DNA of 64,000 nt from Octopus bimaculoides (Eukaryota), in assembly GCF_001194135.2 (NCBI RefSeq), contig NC_068998.1, positions 38,001 through 102,000 on the forward strand. Direction: 5' to 3'. The notes beneath the pieces are model-generated. The model searched no databases and was not told the origin of the DNA. It saw nothing but the letters and a program-made list of their open reading frames with translations. Positions 51,243 to 62,690 of this stretch are shown here, one piece after another. A program made the position numbers and the translations under genes. How positions within the stretch are numbered: the first letter of the stretch is position 1; each line of letters starts with the position of its first letter.

Positions 51243-51891
51243 NNNNNNNNNNNNNNNNNNNNNNNNNNNNNNNNNNNNNNNNNNNNNNNNNNNNNNNNNN
51301 NNNNNNNNNNNNNNNNNNNNNNNNNNNNNNNNNNNNNNNNNNNNNNNNNNNNNNNNNNNNNNNNNNNNNNNNNNNNNNNNNNNNNNNNNNNNNNNNNNNN
51401 NNNNNNNNNNNNNNNNNNNNNNNNNNNNNNNNNNNNNNNNNNNNNNNNNNNNNNNNNNNNNNNNNNNNNNNNNNNNNNNNNNNNNNNNNNNNNNNNNNNN
51501 NNNNNNNNNNNNNNNNNNNNNNNNNNNNNNNNNNNNNNNNNNNNNNNNNNNNNNNNNNNNNNNNNNNNNNNNNNNNNNNNNNNNNNNNNNNNNNNNNNNN
51601 NNNNNNNNNNNNNNNNNNNNNNNNNNNNNNNNNNNNNNNNNNNNNNNNNNNNNNNNNNNNNNNNNNNNNNNNNNNNNNNNNNNNNNNNNNNNNNNNNNNN
51701 NNNNNNNNNNNNNNNNNNNNNNNNNNNNNNNNNNNNNNNNNNNNNNNNNNNNNNNNNNNNNNNNNNNNNNNNNNNNNNNNNNNNNNNNNNNNNNNNNNNN
51801 NNNNNNNNNNNNNNNNNNNNNNNNNNNNNNNNNNNNNNNNNNNNNNNNNNNNNNNNNNNNNNNNNNNNNNNNNNNNNNNNNNNNNNNNNNN
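51243..51891. other. Assembly gap (N run)
   Basis: 649 N. Confidence 1.
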
Positions 51892-52243
51892 GCTGGAGCA
51901 CCGCCTTTAGTCGAGGAAATCGACCCCAGGACTTATTCTTTGTAAGCCTAGTACTTATTCTATCATTCGCTTTTGCCGAACCGCTAAGTTACGGGGACGT
52001 AAACACACCAGCATCGCTTGTCAAGCGATATTGGGGGTGGGGGACAAACGCAGACACACAAATACACACACATATATATATACATATATACGACGGGCTT
52101 CTTTCGGTTTCCGTCTACCAAATCCACTCACAAGGCTTTGGTCGGCCCGAGGCTATAGTAGAAGACACTTGCCCAAGGTGCCACGCAGTAGGACTGAACC
52201 CGGAACCATGTGGTTGGTAAGTAAGCTACTTACCACACAGCCA
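51892..52243 (-). mobile_element. Family B SINE (52091-52243) with downstream family-A-like segment (51892-52050)
   Basis: Minus strand tggctgtgtggtaagtagcttacttaccaaccacatggttccgggttcagtcc...ccttgggcaagtgtcttctactatagcc; the extension carries gtaacttagcggttcggc and ctggggtcgat. Confidence 0.88.
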
Positions 52244-52934
52244 CATATACACATAAACAAGCTGGGCTCCATCATCTATTACCAGGAACCAAATATTCTT
52301 AGACTTATTTGTGTTTATTTCTCGATAGATTTTTATAGAATGAAAAATTCCATTTGTGTTCATTACTATTTAAACGTCCGCTTTGATTATATTGTTAATT
52401 AGAACATTTCCTTCGTTAACATGTCGTACGAAGAGTGGCTTGGCAAAATGTATAATTCTCACGTCAAAATGTCAAGAATATTTTCAAAACTGAACTCTTT
52501 CCATTCCATTTCGTCCTATTCATTTGCCTGTCACAATTTCACTTAAGACATCAATATTTGACAGACTTTATATTCTTCTTGACACTGTCTTCTCTTATCA
52601 AGTGAAATAAACAAAACACTCCTTGAAATATCCTTTTTCTTCAGCTCTTCCGCTTTTATCAAATATCTACACACAAGAGATAAAGTTCTTCCTAATGATA
52701 TTACTAGGCTTGCCCAAACAGAGTCAAGCCCTGCCTGAAAATTTGAAACTGTTGAGGTAATCTACGAAAATATCCGTCCATGATAAACTGCCTCCATGTT
52801 TCTATACATATTTATGTTGACATATTCAAGTTTAAACATATACACTACAAATGTTATACATTTTATGTAAACAAACAATGTAAGTTATGTTTATGCATAC
52901 AGATATATTTTTATGTAATCGTGTGTATCCTCAT

Positions 52935-53458
52935 NNNNNNNNNNNNNNNNNNNNNNNNNNNNNNNNNNNNNNNNNNNNNNNNNNNNNNNNNNNNNNNNNN
53001 NNNNNNNNNNNNNNNNNNNNNNNNNNNNNNNNNNNNNNNNNNNNNNNNNNNNNNNNNNNNNNNNNNNNNNNNNNNNNNNNNNNNNNNNNNNNNNNNNNNN
53101 NNNNNNNNNNNNNNNNNNNNNNNNNNNNNNNNNNNNNNNNNNNNNNNNNNNNNNNNNNNNNNNNNNNNNNNNNNNNNNNNNNNNNNNNNNNNNNNNNNNN
53201 NNNNNNNNNNNNNNNNNNNNNNNNNNNNNNNNNNNNNNNNNNNNNNNNNNNNNNNNNNNNNNNNNNNNNNNNNNNNNNNNNNNNNNNNNNNNNNNNNNNN
53301 NNNNNNNNNNNNNNNNNNNNNNNNNNNNNNNNNNNNNNNNNNNNNNNNNNNNNNNNNNNNNNNNNNNNNNNNNNNNNNNNNNNNNNNNNNNNNNNNNNNN
53401 NNNNNNNNNNNNNNNNNNNNNNNNNNNNNNNNNNNNNNNNNNNNNNNNNNNNNNNNNN
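52935..53458. other. Assembly gap (N run)
   Basis: 524 N. Small gaps also occur at 44304-44313 and 54591-54601. Confidence 1.
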
Positions 53459-53521
53459 ATATATCACTTAAACAAATTTTCTAAAAAATTTTTTTGAGAC
53501 TTTTTCAAACATTTCATATAA

Positions 53522-53593
53522 TCCCTGATAAAGGAAATATATATACATGAGATAGGTACAAATAGTTCACCCATCCTGAAACACATGTATGGA
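53522..53593 (+). ncRNA. Degenerate hammerhead-like motif with enlarged stem II loop
   Basis: tcc-CTGATAA-AGGA-[38 nt]-TCCT-GAAA-C-ACAT-G-TA|tgga. Stem III AC/GU, GUA triplet, G8-to-A core change, stem I offset by one base. Confidence 0.55.
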
Positions 53594-54496
53594 CTTAAGT
53601 ATAGATTAGCATATTATTATTATTATTACTTTCCCTTTTATTGGACCTCGGGCATTTGATTTCGATGTGAATGTAAGGACGAAGTTGTTTATCTTCCATT
53701 ACGCTTAAATTCTATGTTCAAGCATTTTAGATTTTAGCATTTTAGATTTTTAAATAGTTCTACCATGATTTTCTGAATTTATTTAATGGCACGTTAATGT
53801 TTTAATGACATCGTTAATTATTCAAAGGTGCTGTTAGTTGTTTAATGGGCCCACTAATTATATGACATACCTTTAACCTGTAAGATCTTATTTTATATTA
53901 TTTAAAGCTGAAGGCTCTCACCATTTATAAAAATCTCTCCTCTAGAGCCAAAGGAGATTATTTTTTTAGGTCACTCGACCTACTAGAAGTAGTAACCAAA
54001 TTTTCTTCAAACGATACTTTGATTATCTTTTTTTTAAATAGGAACATTTTGGATAGTATATTTTGAAATGTACTGTGATTGGATAAAGGACTCCAATCTA
54101 GTCACCAGATGGTCAAACTTGGAAGATCTCTAAACATGAATCTGTTCAAGCAGAGCTGATTTGGTACTTAAACAACAACAACAACAACAATTCTCCTCTA
54201 CTCTAGCAGTTTAGCTTTATATGTAATCACCATTTTGTATACATTGTTCTTTCAGTAGCAATAGAGAAATAGTTATTTCACAAATGAACTTCAATTGATG
54301 TTATTTTTGAGTACAGAGCTAATTGTCTTGTTTTGATAACATTGCTATCGGCAAATATCTTGCTAGCATTGTTTATTAAAAATGAGATGCTGCCTACACT
54401 TATGTAATATATAAAACTCTATGTCTTTGAATCAATATGGAGAACGCCGTTTTGGCGTTACAGAAAATTATAAGAGACGGTTGTAAGGTAAAGGGG

Positions 54497-54499
<3 letters not shown>

Positions 54500-54590
<91 letters not shown>

Positions 54591-54605
54591 NNNNNNNNNN
54601 NGAAT

Positions 54606-54643
<38 letters not shown>

Positions 54644-54690
54644 GAGAGAGAGAAAGAAAGAAAGAAAGAGAAAGAAAGAAAGAGAAAGAG
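54500..54690. repeat. (AG)n/(AAAG)n block with a small gap
   Basis: Direct reading. Confidence 0.95.
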
Positions 54691-55748
54691 AATAGAAATA
54701 AATCAAAGAATGAGTAATAAAGAAAATGAGTAAAATATGAGTGAAATGAGTGAATGATAGGATGAAGGAAGAAGAGGTGAAAAGGTGATTAAAGAGAAAA
54801 ATGGAAAGAAAGTGTGAAAGACAGTTAGAGGGGGTGATAAAAAGGAAGACAAATAATTAGCTTGTAAGAGAGAGAGAAGGAGGGAGTGAATGGGAGAAAG
54901 AGCAAGAGAGAAATGAGAGGGAGAGGAAAGAGAAAGCGAGAGATAGGTTATAGTTGAAAGGAGAAAATTCAGAATATGAGATGAGATTATTTGTGACACA
55001 ACAAAAACAAGATTAATTATTGTGAAAGCATAGTGTTGGGAGTGGCGGTGTCTGGGGTGGCGGGGTGATAGAGATGGTATCGGAGATTCTGATGATGGTA
55101 GAGATAATGTCAGATAATTGAGGTGCTAAAGATGGTCGAATTACGACCATCGCCGTTTACTCCCCCAGTTATTATTGAACTGTGCTGAATAATTTAATAT
55201 CGATTTAGAAATGTTTGAGGATTTAATGTCCAAATAATTGCTAAGAAAACAACAGTTCCCGAAATGTAACTTTTCCTTTAACGTTTTGTTTTGTGATCCC
55301 TATTAAACTAATTAGACTTGTTAAACTTGGTAGACTTAGACACCGGGAAAGATATCAAGAGCCAAACCAACTAACATGGTAACAATAGTGGTACCTTATT
55401 AATTGTTGATTGAATGGATAATGGAAAGGCGACAGGAAAAGTTAGAGAAAATCATTGTTTGCATAATTTAATAATAATGTTCAGAGAATAACTCCAAATC
55501 CTCTTTATCAAAGATGTCAGAAATAAATCTTGGCAATCATGAAGGGAGGACAATTTTTAACTCAATAACGAGCAAAACAGGTTACCCGCTACAGTCAAAC
55601 CCCACTGGCAGCCTATTATATACCGGTATTTTCTTTATGAAATTATTTACCCCAATCAAATTGAAATGCTTATTCGTTGAACTGTATCCACTAAAGACTA
55701 TATCATATTATGTATACTCATATAGTTTTATTATTTCATATCACCACA

Positions 55749-55788
55749 ACTATCTGATAAACGGTCAAGTGAAACTCTGAGTAATAGT
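55749..55788 (+). ncRNA. Minimal type-I hammerhead motif, same family as 16107-16146
   Basis: actat-CTGATAA-AC-GGTCAA-GT-GAAA-CTC-T-GAG-TA|atagt. Perfect 5-bp stem I, 2-bp stem II, one core change (G8 to A). Downstream gtgaag...agctttaataaaa matches the 16.1-kb copy. Confidence 0.7.
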
Positions 55789-55888
55789 CTGTGAAGATTT
55801 TAAGCCAGCTTTAATAAAAGAGTTAATACATGCATACATGATGGCTGCCCCTCGTTATCGAGTATGGCCATTGCACGAGACTTAACTG

Positions 55889-56257
55889 TTATCGGTGATG
55901 TGATCGAATATGACTTTTTAGCCCAGCTAAAGATCTAGAATGTCTTGTAGAGAATTGGCAGCCAAAACCTTTACCGGCAATAGCCGGCTGTAGGTGTAAC
56001 TGGGCTTCATGTACCTTTGCATGTCGTTTAAGTCCTCCCGCCGAATTACACTCCCTTCTACATACCTGACAGATATGATTAGTATGGTGTGTAGCACCAC
56101 CACCAGCAGCCTGGTTGTCAATCATCGGTCTCGCTTTATGACTACGAAGATGACTCTTGAGTCCAGCTTTACTGAGGCAGGCTCTTGCACAGACACAGCA
56201 TTCAGCTGTGTATTCTCTAGTGTTTCGACTCACGTCGACCGGTTTCTGGACTGGCAT
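55889..56257 (-). CDS. Open ORF with two intact and one degenerate C2H2 zinc fingers, probably the 3' end of an RTE-type LINE
   Basis: CCVCARACLSKAGLKSHLRSH, CQVCRRECNSAGGLKRHAKVH and CQFSTRHSRSLAGLKSHIRSH, then stop. First in-frame ATG at 56257 (the ORF track starts at GTG 56290). No expression evidence. Confidence 0.55.
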   Translation of the reverse strand: MPVQKPVDVSRNTREYTAECCVCARACLSKAGLKSHLRSHKARPMIDNQAAGGGATHHTNHICQVCRRECNSAGGLKRHAKVHEAQLHLQPAIAGKGFGCQFSTRHSRSLAGLKSHIRSHHR

Positions 56258-56282
56258 TATAGCCTTACCTGCCTCAGTACGT
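56232..56282 (-). ncRNA. Mirror hammerhead motif with core mutation
   Basis: Minus strand acgta-CTGAGGC-aggtaaGGC-tataat-GCCagtcca-GAAA-CCGG-TC|gacgt; A9 changed to C. Confidence 0.6.
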
Positions 56283-56354
56283 CTTACCACGATGACAAAT
56301 TAGTGCATCGCAGACTTCAACGTGACGGGTTATGGGATTTTTCCATCGTGGTAA

Positions 56355-56407
56355 CATGTGCTGAGGAAAGTAAGGCTATAATGCCAGTCCAGAAACCGGT
56401 CCACGTG
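56355..56407 (+). ncRNA. Type-I hammerhead motif with intact catalytic core
   Basis: catgtg-CTGAGGA-aagtaaGGC-tataat-GCCagtcca-GAAA-CCGG-TC|cacgtg. 6-bp stem I (one G-U), palindromic ACCGGU stem III, GUC triplet; base of stem II unpaired in this copy. Confidence 0.7.
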
Positions 56408-57476
56408 AGTCCAAATACTAGAAAATATATAGCTGTATGTTGAATGGTTTTCTTAAACCCGTTTACTCGCGAACGGTTGATTTCTGTAGTTAGTATCAGT
56501 GTTATTTTTTCGGCGGTTTAAATAAGAGTTTTGACTGTTATTTCCAGCAGGTATACATACTTAGTATGTCCTTTAATTAATATATACACACCTATATATA
56601 CATCTATACACCTATACTTTTATACATGCATACATACATACATACATACATACATACATACATACATAGTCACCCATACATGTAAGTGTATATAGTAGAA
56701 TATGAAATATGTTTATGTGCATGCAGCTTAATATCTCCAAAGTGCGTATCTGAGAAACCTGCAAGCTAGAATAGTTTCTGTTATCTTTTGGCAAGAGATT
56801 TCTTCTCTGATCGATAACACGGTCCGCATTTCTTGTGCTTCTCTTATCTCTCTGATAACAGAAGCACATCTGTTGCAAAGAATGGAACAGGCAAGCAACC
56901 TTCAGCTCTGCAGGTTTTGTCATCTGGCAGATTGTTTAAACTATACTCCCCACCCACCCCACACCTCTCCCAGCTATTTATAGAGAGAACATCTCAGTTT
57001 CATAACTTATCTGGGGATTTCGGTCAGTTTGCTGGGAATATTGCAGAGGTAATATAAATAGAGGAAATAGATAGCTATTTCTACAACCGATAATAATAAA
57101 CGAAGGAAGTCATTGTTTTCAATATTCTATGTTTGTTATTTTAACAAAAGAATATTAGAAATCATTATTTCTATAAAAGAATAAGGAGTGGTGCCCTAAA
57201 CAGACACAATGATCAATAATAGAAGACATACTGGAAGAGAAAGAGAATGGATTAAATGAAAATTACTCTTCAAGAGTTACAGGTAGTCTTATTCACCTGA
57301 AAGGATGAAATATAAAACAATTAATCTGGTGATCTACTGCTTCGGATAATCCTCCAATCTTTATAATAATATAATTCTCAGTATTTCCTCTCTTTTTCAT
57401 GCAATGATATATTTTTGCTACTCATAAATAACAGCTATAATAAAACGTCTAACTTGCTGATGCTCGGGGTCTTTGG

Positions 57477-57551
<75 letters not shown>

Positions 57552-57596
57552 CGAACAACGTATATGGCAAAGGAACAACAAAGAAAATAATAATAA

Positions 57597-57765
57597 TAAT
57601 GGTTTCAAATTTTTGTCACAAGGCCAGCAATTTCGGGGAAGGGGCAAAGTTGATTAGATCAACTCCAATGTTCAACTGATATTTATTTTATCAACACTGA
57701 AAAGATGAAAGTCGACCAGGGAAGAATTTGAACTCAGAACGTAAAGACGGACGAAATGCCGATGA
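57597..57765 (-). mobile_element. Family A SINE, 5'-truncated
   Basis: Minus strand catttcgtccgtctttacgttctgagttcaaatt...tcgactttcatc...ccttgtgacaaaaatttgaaaccattatt. Confidence 0.8.
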
Positions 57766-58119
57766 CTTGTTGTGGCGGACGCCCCCAAGCGAGAAGTCGG
57801 CTGCTCCACTACGAATAAGTAGTGGACTAACACAATCAGTAGCGTCGCTCGGCGAAGTTTTTTTTGTTGTTTTTAAATCTTTTGATTCCTGTCGACGTGA
57901 GTTGTATTGTGTTGAAGGGTCTCCCGCGAAGGTGACCCTATGATTTGAATTGTTAAATTTGTTAAGTATTGTTGTTTGCCTACGAGCTTGTGATTTTTGT
58001 GTCTGTCGTCTTCTCCATTTTGGGGCGAAGTGAAAAGGAAAAAAAGTGATAATGGATTGCGAACCAGTTCTAGCACAGGCTGGAAGTTATGCTTCAGCAG
58101 CTGGAAAGGGTGCAACTGC

Positions 58120-58400
58120 AGATGCGCTAGAAGTACGAGGGGTTGAAATAGAGCAGGAAAATAGGCTGAAAAGGAGACATGACAACATTAACAGGATTTT
58201 GTAGTGAGATCTGCAAGAAACTGAAAAGTTGAAGTCATATCAGTAATACTGAGAGGTGGAGGGCGTTGGATCGTAACAACTAATATATAGATATGGATTA
58301 GAATCTTTGGAATTGAGATATCTATGGAACTTGTTTCAGAAGATGGCACTGTTAAGAACAACCGAGATATTGAGGAAGGTTCTTGAAATATATGGGAGGA
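58120..58400 (+). mobile_element. 3' end of an R4/Dong-like LINE ORF
   Basis: KYEGLK...LESLELRYLWNLFQKMALLRTTEILRKVLE, like the QK.ALL.T..ILRKVL terminus of RLE LINEs. Confidence 0.7.
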
Positions 58401-58929
58401 CGGGAATGTGAGAGAGTTTTACTCATCTGTTAGGGGTTGCTCTCTCTCAGCATTAATTATTGGCACAGAAGGTCACGAGGAAGATGGCGGCGGTGATCGT
58501 GATAGTAATGATGGATTATTTTTGTAACATGACTTAAAAATCTAAACTGAATGCGAGAAACATTATAAAAACAACCACCCTGAAGGCAGTATCAATGATA
58601 AGCAGGAATTATTGAGTGGAAAAGATTGAACTATCCACTGAAAAACAAAGATGTAGCTCACACTGCATGCACACTATCACGAACATCCGATCAGGTATGA
58701 ACGATTAATAAACGAGAAGGAAGAAGAGGGTTTTTATGAGATGAAAATGTAATAAAACTAGAGAATACAATCGAAGGAATATTTACAGAATTAGCAAAGC
58801 CCAAAAGAACAAAACCAAGCCAAAAAAGAAACAAAACAAAAAACAACAACAAAGGCAAAAAAAAAAAGACAGGAAGATGTGCAAAAACAAAAGAAGTCAC
58901 CTTTTGAAAGAAAGAAACTCCATTCAGGC

Positions 58930-59100
58930 TTTTTTTAAAAATAAAAAGAGACAAATCGTGGATACAGAGAGGAATATTGAAGAAAGATATCGAGGAAATG
59001 ATTTTAGCAGCACAGGTCCTGGGGAATAAATTCCACCAAGAGAATGATAAAACAGAATTGAAATGTAAAATGTATGAAATATGAATCACTGGTTTCGTAT
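58930..59100 (+). mobile_element. R4/Dong-like LINE fragment upstream of the zinc knuckle
   Basis: DKSWIQRGILKKDIEEMILAAQ...KCKM, like SW.W...G.LK.ETE..I.AAQ. Confidence 0.65.
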
Positions 59101-62100
59101 TTCCATCTTTATACTTGTGCAACAAAACTGCTCCTATTCCGAACCATCAGACGCTACAACAATGTCTATTTCAGGATCGAAATGCGTTAGAGACAAATCT
59201 GCGATATAACTAGTTTGGGGAGTTATGTCCATTAGTTGGGGGTTTCTCTTAAGGGTGGGAGACGGGTAGTGAGTATTGGAAAATGGGTGAGCAAATCGTC
59301 ATGGCTAATGAGGTGAAGACGGTTTTGTCTGACACCATGGCGAGGAAAGAACTCTAGAAACGCAAAATCTATTCTATATTCTCATCAAGGAATAAGAGGA
59401 GTTAAATATTTTTGCTGCTGCTGTTGTTGTTGTTGTTGTAGGGGTGGTAGTGATGGTGGTCAGTTTGAGATCCACTGCATCCGGGGATTATTGTGGGCAT
59501 TCCACGTCAAATCTGAAAATATCCAAGAACACATCAAATTAAAGTTTTGACTGACTATGAAGTGGCCTTTGCCAATTTAGAAGATGTTTGCGTTGACGAA
59601 CAGAGAACGTCCCTGATATAATAAATCAAGAATATAAACAAGTGTACTGTATTACACTTCTCGATGCCTCCAAACCATGAATAATGCTGTTCAAAAGAAA
59701 TAGTAAAGCTATGAAATTACCATCATATCGAAGTATAAAAAAGAGTAAAATGTTGGCTCAGCTTCCATTTCTACCGAAGATACTCCAGAAAACAGAACAA
59801 ATGAGTTTATTGAATACTTTGCTAGAAATTGCCATCGATTAATAGCACTTATTTCCCCGCCAACTTTTTGCATTCAACTTTTAAAAGCTGACACTGACAC
59901 CCTTGCCAACGCTGACTTCTAAATACAGCAATATTTTGACGGGTTGGCCACGGCGGAAACACTTTTGATCATAGAGCAGCTTAACCATGACTAATCTGAG
60001 ATTAAACATTAAGAACTATTCAGTTGCTCTCTTTCTTCCTTCTCTTTGCTCGATGTTGTAGAGCTAAAATGTAAGGCAGTCTTCTAGATAAGACCATCTT
60101 GTCTTACTTTTTAGGTTTGATCCCTTTTTAAAGAGAATAAGGCAAGATTTGAGGAAAATTTGACTGCTGTTCCTAAATAGAAACCCCATTGTTAATTTGA
60201 TAAAACAATTAACTTTGTGTGTGTGTGTGTGTGTGTGTTCTAGTTGAGCAGAGTTTCGGTTTGTACTAAAGTCTTCAGTTTTACTCAGATATATTTACTT
60301 GTATGGCGACGGCGATGAAGGTCATCAGATGTACGAAACCATGTTTATCAAAATCGTCTTGTTATTATAGTTTCCATAGCTTTTCTACCTATTTTTTTTT
60401 TACTTCTGATGGAGAAAGATTTAGTATTTTGCCACAAGTTATCGAAATAGACCAAGATTTTTTCATCTACCTTTTTACTATTCTTGGCAAGTTTCTATGA
60501 TTTCGGAAGACAGATATGGCATTTTCACTCTGTGATAGCAATATAAAAGAATTTTATCTCTGAATTATCTAACTTCTAGTATTTTTATTGAATATTTTTG
60601 TTTTGGTTCTGTCGTTTTAAAGATTTTATTTAAATACATCAAAACTAACTAATGTTATCCTAGATTGTCCTTAAAACAAGTTATATTTTAAGAGAAGGAA
60701 TATTTATTGAACGCTAGGAAAACTAAACAATATCATGAAGCGCAATTATTGCTATTTCTTAAGTATAAAAGGTGATGTGTACCGAGGGTTGTGTCATAAA
60801 GGTCCTAATGGATCAGCTTTCATAAGTAGGAAAATTAATGTTTCCTAGTTACTGTGTCTCAGTATTTGTCACAATTAGGTTGAGTTAAATCATTTATGTG
60901 GAGAGTTAGCTAGAAATTAAAGACAGTTTCGTTAGTTTGTAATATTTTCTAATGATTTTTCTCCGAAAATACCCTGTGCAGTCAACAGACACTGCATGGT
61001 CAATACGAGTGGACACTGAATTGGAATAAATTGCATGTAGAATACCTGTAGAAAATATGCGAAGTCGTGACATTTATGACAATGTTGAAAAACCTGGTCG
61101 TTTTATCTTCCATAATCTTCCATGATCGGAGTAGAAGGCATATGATGTATGTCAATAAATTAATAGCATGAATCTTAAAGTATGACAACTGCATCTTGAA
61201 ATATTGAAATATTGTCAATCAAGAGCATGAGGATATCATTTCAAATTAGGAAGTGATTCCATAAATTGGCAGAAAACAATAAGGCACAGGATTAATAAAA
61301 TTTAGAATAAATTATCAAGAGATTGCTCGATCAACGAGAATCAATGAATTGGACAATAGACTAGGTAAATATTATAAGAAATAAACTTTTTAAATGATTT
61401 TTAATATACAGATAGGTCTCATTTAGTTTCAATGTTGGCATTTCTAAATTTCATTTTACTAATTGTAGAAACAATAAAGGAAGCGCTAACGAAAACTACC
61501 ATTAGAAATTGGTAATTTGATTTCATTCCAGACTTCAAAAGACCAAAACAACTATTACATCAAAGAACAGATTTACGTAACATTAGTGGTATTTTCATTA
61601 TATATATTTCTATTTTCAAGGATGCACTTTGAAGCGTGAGTAGTTTAGAATTTATACATTTCATAAATAGGGAAGGTTATAATTCGGGCAGATTTAAATA
61701 AGCACAGTTTTTCTGTGAAGCTATTGTTGTGCATCTACGTAAACCTCTCCATACAATCTCACAAGTGCCAACATGGATCGGTGCAGTGTTTCCTTTGGAC
61801 TGTATCCAACGATATTGTTCAAGAGAAACTCAATACCGATGTTGATTGGCGCCAAAAGTATGACTAAGGTTGCCATCAGAAGATCAAGAACCAAAACAAA
61901 TGCTATAAGGCGCCTCATCTGAATCCTTTTCAATACACCACTGAAAGATCAAAGTTGGAGTTTCTTTTTGAGATTTGGATTCAAGGCGCAGAGATGGAAC
62001 AAATCAGACAATCTCTGCCAACGATTTAACAACTTTCTATGTGTGTGAGTTTACGCATGTTTGCATATAGGTGTGTATATAGGTTCATATGTATGTGTAT

Positions 62101-62134
62101 GAATATATATAAAAAAAAAACGCACAAAAACTGC

Positions 62135-62280
62135 ATAAAAGACGACCTGAATGGACTTGAAATCAATGTAAAGAACGGGGAAGAACTAGCTTTGGAAAAC
62201 GTTGATTGGAGGAAGCGTATAAGGGCAGGTTGTGAGACATTTGAAGAGGTTCGACTCGAGCACGACGTTCGACATGAGCA
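62135..62280 (+). mobile_element. RTE-clade LINE C-terminal fragment
   Basis: KDDL..LEIN...EELALENVDWRKRIRAGCETFEEVRLEH, like the WE.LA..R..WR..I..G...FE..R motif. Confidence 0.65.
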
Positions 62281-62429
62281 TTATGGCTGGGACAAAAAGT
62301 GTAAGTTGTTGGATTCTCAAAGGTCGAAACCGACGCGAGAAGCTATCACGCGCGCGCGTGTGCGAATGTGTGTGTGACGTATTTGCTTTCCTAATCTAGT
62401 TTGATCCGATTTAATAACTACAGCTCAAT

Positions 62430-62690
62430 TTACGTGATCACGTGACTGACCAGATTATCACACCGCTGGACTCAATCTGTGTTTGCATTATTTTAGCCTT
62501 CAGATGACACCACCCGATTGGCTAGGTGAGCAGGCCAACATTACCCCTTCCTGATTGAAAGGCGGATTGGGTCAGCGTGAAATGAAGTGCTTTGCCCAAG
62601 AACGCAATGCGCTGCCCAATCAGGGAATCGAACCCACGATCTAGCGATCATGAGTGTGTCAGCCTAATCACTAGGCCACACGCTTTCACA
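62430..62690 (-). mobile_element. tRNA-derived SINE, family C (diverged relative at ~63480-63655)
   Basis: Minus strand gcgtgtggcctagtgattagg...gggttcgattccctg (A/B boxes), then ttcttgggcaaagcacttcatttcacg. Confidence 0.75.

Larger units (their letters stand above)
56199..56439. repeat. Inverted repeat (96-bp arms, 49-nt loop), each arm carrying a hammerhead motif
   Basis: 56199-56294 is the reverse complement of 56344-56439; gaccggtttctggactggcattatagccttac is perfectly mirrored. Confidence 0.95.

Noticed and set aside
50940-52243. Two family B SINEs flanking a gap as an assembly duplication
   Set aside because: They differ at many positions (e.g. tagaatttacttgctc versus tagaagacacttgccc), so they are independent copies.
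60308-60350. gcgatga-aggtcatcagatgtac-gaaaccatgtt hammerhead-like string (similar weak cases at 8464 and 4236)
   Set aside because: Two core mismatches, poor stem II and no stem I; indistinguishable from chance.
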